DNA from: Mobula hypostoma
Taxonomy: Eukaryota
Reading direction: 5' to 3'
Length of the DNA stretch: 64,000 nt
Assembly: GCF_963921235.1 (NCBI RefSeq)
Contig: NC_086109.1
Coordinates: 33,420,001 to 33,484,000 of the forward strand
The notes under the pieces are model-generated. The model worked only from the letters and a program-made list of their open reading frames with translations. It made no database searches and had not been told where the DNA came from. Positions 60,798-64,000 of the stretch are shown piece by piece (position 1 is the stretch's first letter; each line of letters starts with the position of its first letter). Made by a program: the position numbers and the translations under genes.

Positions 60798-63314
60798 ATG
60801 GCTCAACTACCACTGCTCACAAAATGGAAGTTGCCAAACTGCCAATGCTCTGCAGTGTAAGTTCATACTGCTCTTGCCGCATCTCAGGATACCTGCATTC
60901 AGTGGTGCCCTAACAGATAACAATAATTGTTATAGGGTTTCTCTGCAACAGTGGTAGTTTATTTCATGTGGAAATCTGCCTGTATTTCACTGGTTTAAAC
61001 CTACATTTAAAATGGCATACGAGTTTTTAATGGGACACCGTAGTAGAGAGAGTTTCACTTTGTATCTAACCCATTTTATCCTGGGCATACATTTTATGTG
61101 CTTTAGGTGAGTTTTTTTTTGATGAAAGTAAGTTTATTAAAGTACCTCCAGTAGAAAAATTCCTTAAAATATTGCTGTCTGGGTTTAGGACACATTCTAG
61201 GCCCTGCATTGTCCAACAGTGTCATGTCACCACACCAATAGCTTTGATATTGCCTGCCAGCCAGTGCTTGTCCCTGCAAAACATACTGATACACTTGGCT
61301 TTCTGCCAAAACTTGCAAGTCCCACTGCAGTCTCCTCTAAGCCTGCAATGTGCTGCAGCCACTGGTAGGAAAAGGGAACAGAAGGCATCACGAAGGGTAA
61401 AGTAAAAGAATAATTTATCGTTGGGTGTATGGCATTTGGCACTTAACTGCATAAAGTTGCCTTTTGCAGAATGTTTCCTTCAGTGGCTTTTGTACTGCAT
61501 TGGTAAAAATATTGCAAAGACTAGAAATTGGGTAAAGTAACATGAAGAAACAACTTGGAAAATTGGGATTGTATCAACACCCAGTCAACACCATTTGGCT
61601 TATTGTAGAGGCCCATGACATAAAGATTGTAACAAAGTGCCTGCTGATAGGATGTGCATAGATGGTCACACACCGCTGGTGTATTTAGAGATTCCTGTCA
61701 ACCCCTTTTGAAATTCTGGTAAGCCTGTCTTTGCCCATTCAAAGTTGCTTGGGGTGAACGGTGCTGAACACCTTGGCTGACAGGAATGTGATCACAAGTT
61801 CACAGTCTGCCCTCTGGGAAAAGATGGACGTGCTGGGGAACACGCTGCACTTGTAAACATCTTCGAAAAGAAACAAAAGTAATTGAGGAACCATAAGAAG
61901 GGTCACATCACGATTGCAAGCACGCTCCTTGGCTGTCCCTGCTTTGCACGCTGGTCTTATTACCAGCTCCACAAAACTGGACGGAAAACAATCCGTGCTC
62001 AACATGAGGAAAGGGGAGCAGGAGGACAGGTATTTCAGGAATGGAAACCCTTCTTGGCTCTGGCTCACTGTAAGGAATTCTGAAATTCTAGAGACTGCCC
62101 ACTCCAAGATACCTCCGCCTGATGTTTGGGAGAGGAAGACTGGTTGGCATAGCTTAGGTCACAAAAATTTTGCCACTTGCAACCAAGGCAATTAAATTTG
62201 AGCCACACCTCAAATAGTGCAGCATTCTCTTAGAACAGGAGCCAAAAAAAAATACAAACTGCTCAAGGAATTCAGGTCAGGCAGCATCTGTGGAGACAGG
62301 GGGATGATCTATGCTTCAGGGCGAAACCGGCCTGACTTGCTGAGTTCCTCCAGCAGTTTGTTTCTTGCTCCAGATTACAATACATCTAGTCTTTCGTGTT
62401 TCTCTTAGAACTGCAAGGAAGTATCAAATTGCATTATGCACTCATACCTTTGGAGCAGGGCTAACCACAATTTTCTACTCGAGACCACAGGGGCATGGTT
62501 TTGAGGCTCACAGAGTGGCTCAGCAGAAGCTTCTATTTTCCCTCCAAAATTTAACAATATTAATTCTTGACCAATAATTTCAGGAGTTGGTTCTTATGGA
62601 TCAGCCTGTGTTTTACTAGGAATGGCCAGCTCCCGGGCACCAAATAGAAAAATGTTGCAATCCAAGTTTACATCTGAGATATAATCAGTCATAAAAACTC
62701 ACATATTTCTCTGCTACAATCTTAACCATGCAATGTCAGCACGCTTTCCTTCCATCCATTCCAAATGTCAGCTTTGTGGGCAACTGATCTCCTGCATTTG
62801 AGGCAATTTGCTTGTGTGTCTGCTATTCGATAAAGCACATCAAGGAATAATAACAGGAGGACAACATTCCCCCCACTCTGCCCCAAGTTTACTCTATCAT
62901 ACGATCATGCAGACCTTTTCTAATGACTTCCTTTTCCACAATTTCACGTTTTCCTGGATTCCTTTTTTTGTCGAGGAGACATCATCTCAAATATAGTTAA
63001 TAACTACAGACCCTGTGATTTAAGATTCCAAATATCGCTGAGCCTCTAAGAATTTCTCCTTCAAAATCTTTAATGTCCAACATCTTATTTTGAAATTATA
63101 ACCTCTAGGCTCTTCAGTCATACATAATTCTGTTCAATCTCAATTTTATCTCTTTCAAGAGAACATTTCTCAATGCCTATTGAGGACAATACTTTCATTC
63201 CAGGATATTGTAATATTGCCTCAACTGGACTATTCTGCTTTCAATTACAGGTTTTTGTTGCTGCCTTGATGAAGGCCTAGTAAGGGTAGCCGCAAGCTTT
63301 CAAGGCTTCTGTCA

Positions 63315-63680
63315 AATACTTGCGCGCCTTGTCTTTAGCTGTAATGTTGGTGGGCACATTCTCGGCACGATGATGTAGAGGTCTGATAAACCCCAACCAT
63401 CAAGTTCTGATGGGTGATGAGAGTCAAACCATAGATACTGATCTGTGTGGGTTGGTTTCCTGTAAACTTCAATATCTAGTTGTCCATTTTCTTTGACAAG
63501 TACTGCACTATCTAAATACACCAGTCTATTGTTCTTGATGGCTTCTCATGTAAATTTGATGTTATTATCCACTGAGTTGATGTCTTTTGTGAAGGCTTGC
63601 ACCTCATAGCCTTCATCAAGACAGCAACAAAAACCAGCAGGGGTATCAGCCCAACAGACAGAGGTAAGAAACAAAGCAGA
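63315..63680 (-). mobile_element. Penelope-like RT C-terminal fragment
   Basis: YLDSAVLVKENGQLDIEVYRKPTHTDQYLWFDSHHP. Confidence 0.8.
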
Positions 63681-64000
63681 CAGTTGTCATACGAGGAACA
63701 TTTGATGGCTCTGGATCTGTACTCGCTGAGGAGGGATCTTATTGAGACCTTTCGAATGTTGAAAGGCCTAGACAGAGTAGATGAGGAGAGGATGTTTCCC
63801 ATGATGGGGAGGCTAGGATAAGATGGCACAACCTCACGATAGAGGGGTGTCTATTTAAAACAGATGCAGAGAAATTTCTTTAGCCAGAGGGGGGTGAATT
63901 TGTGGAACTTGTTACCATAGGCAGCTGTGGAGGCCAGGATGTTGGGTGTATTTAAGGCAGAGACTGATAGGTTCTTGATTGGATATGAAATCAAAGGTTA
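63681..64000 (+). mobile_element. CR1 LINE 3' fragment (runs off the window)
   Basis: LSYEEHLMALDLYSLRRDLIETFRMLKGLDRVD. Confidence 0.85.

Overview
Vertebrate genomic DNA, AT-rich and repeat-rich. The repeat content (CR1, Rex1/Babar, RTE, Tx1, Penelope-like, V-type and Deu-domain SINEs) suggests a cartilaginous fish, probably a ray; this is inference. Two host genes lie tail-to-tail. On + is the last coding exon of HMGA1 (8648-8704, EKVEQEEEHASQESSEEQ*) with an approximately 5.3 kb 3'UTR rich in let-7 and other miRNA seed matches. On - is a complete four-exon SMIM29 CDS (54299 to 33855, 103 aa), which the ORF track misses. Most remaining sequence is transposon debris, often nested and sometimes with clear target-site duplications. 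The most notable non-genic signal is a family of roughly 100-bp Penelope-terminal repeats carrying a minimal hammerhead ribozyme motif. One copy (35729-35830) has an intact core and a perfect 14-bp TSD, and is sense to the SMIM29 pre-mRNA. Family names come from recalled motifs, not database searches, and many repeat boundaries are approximate.
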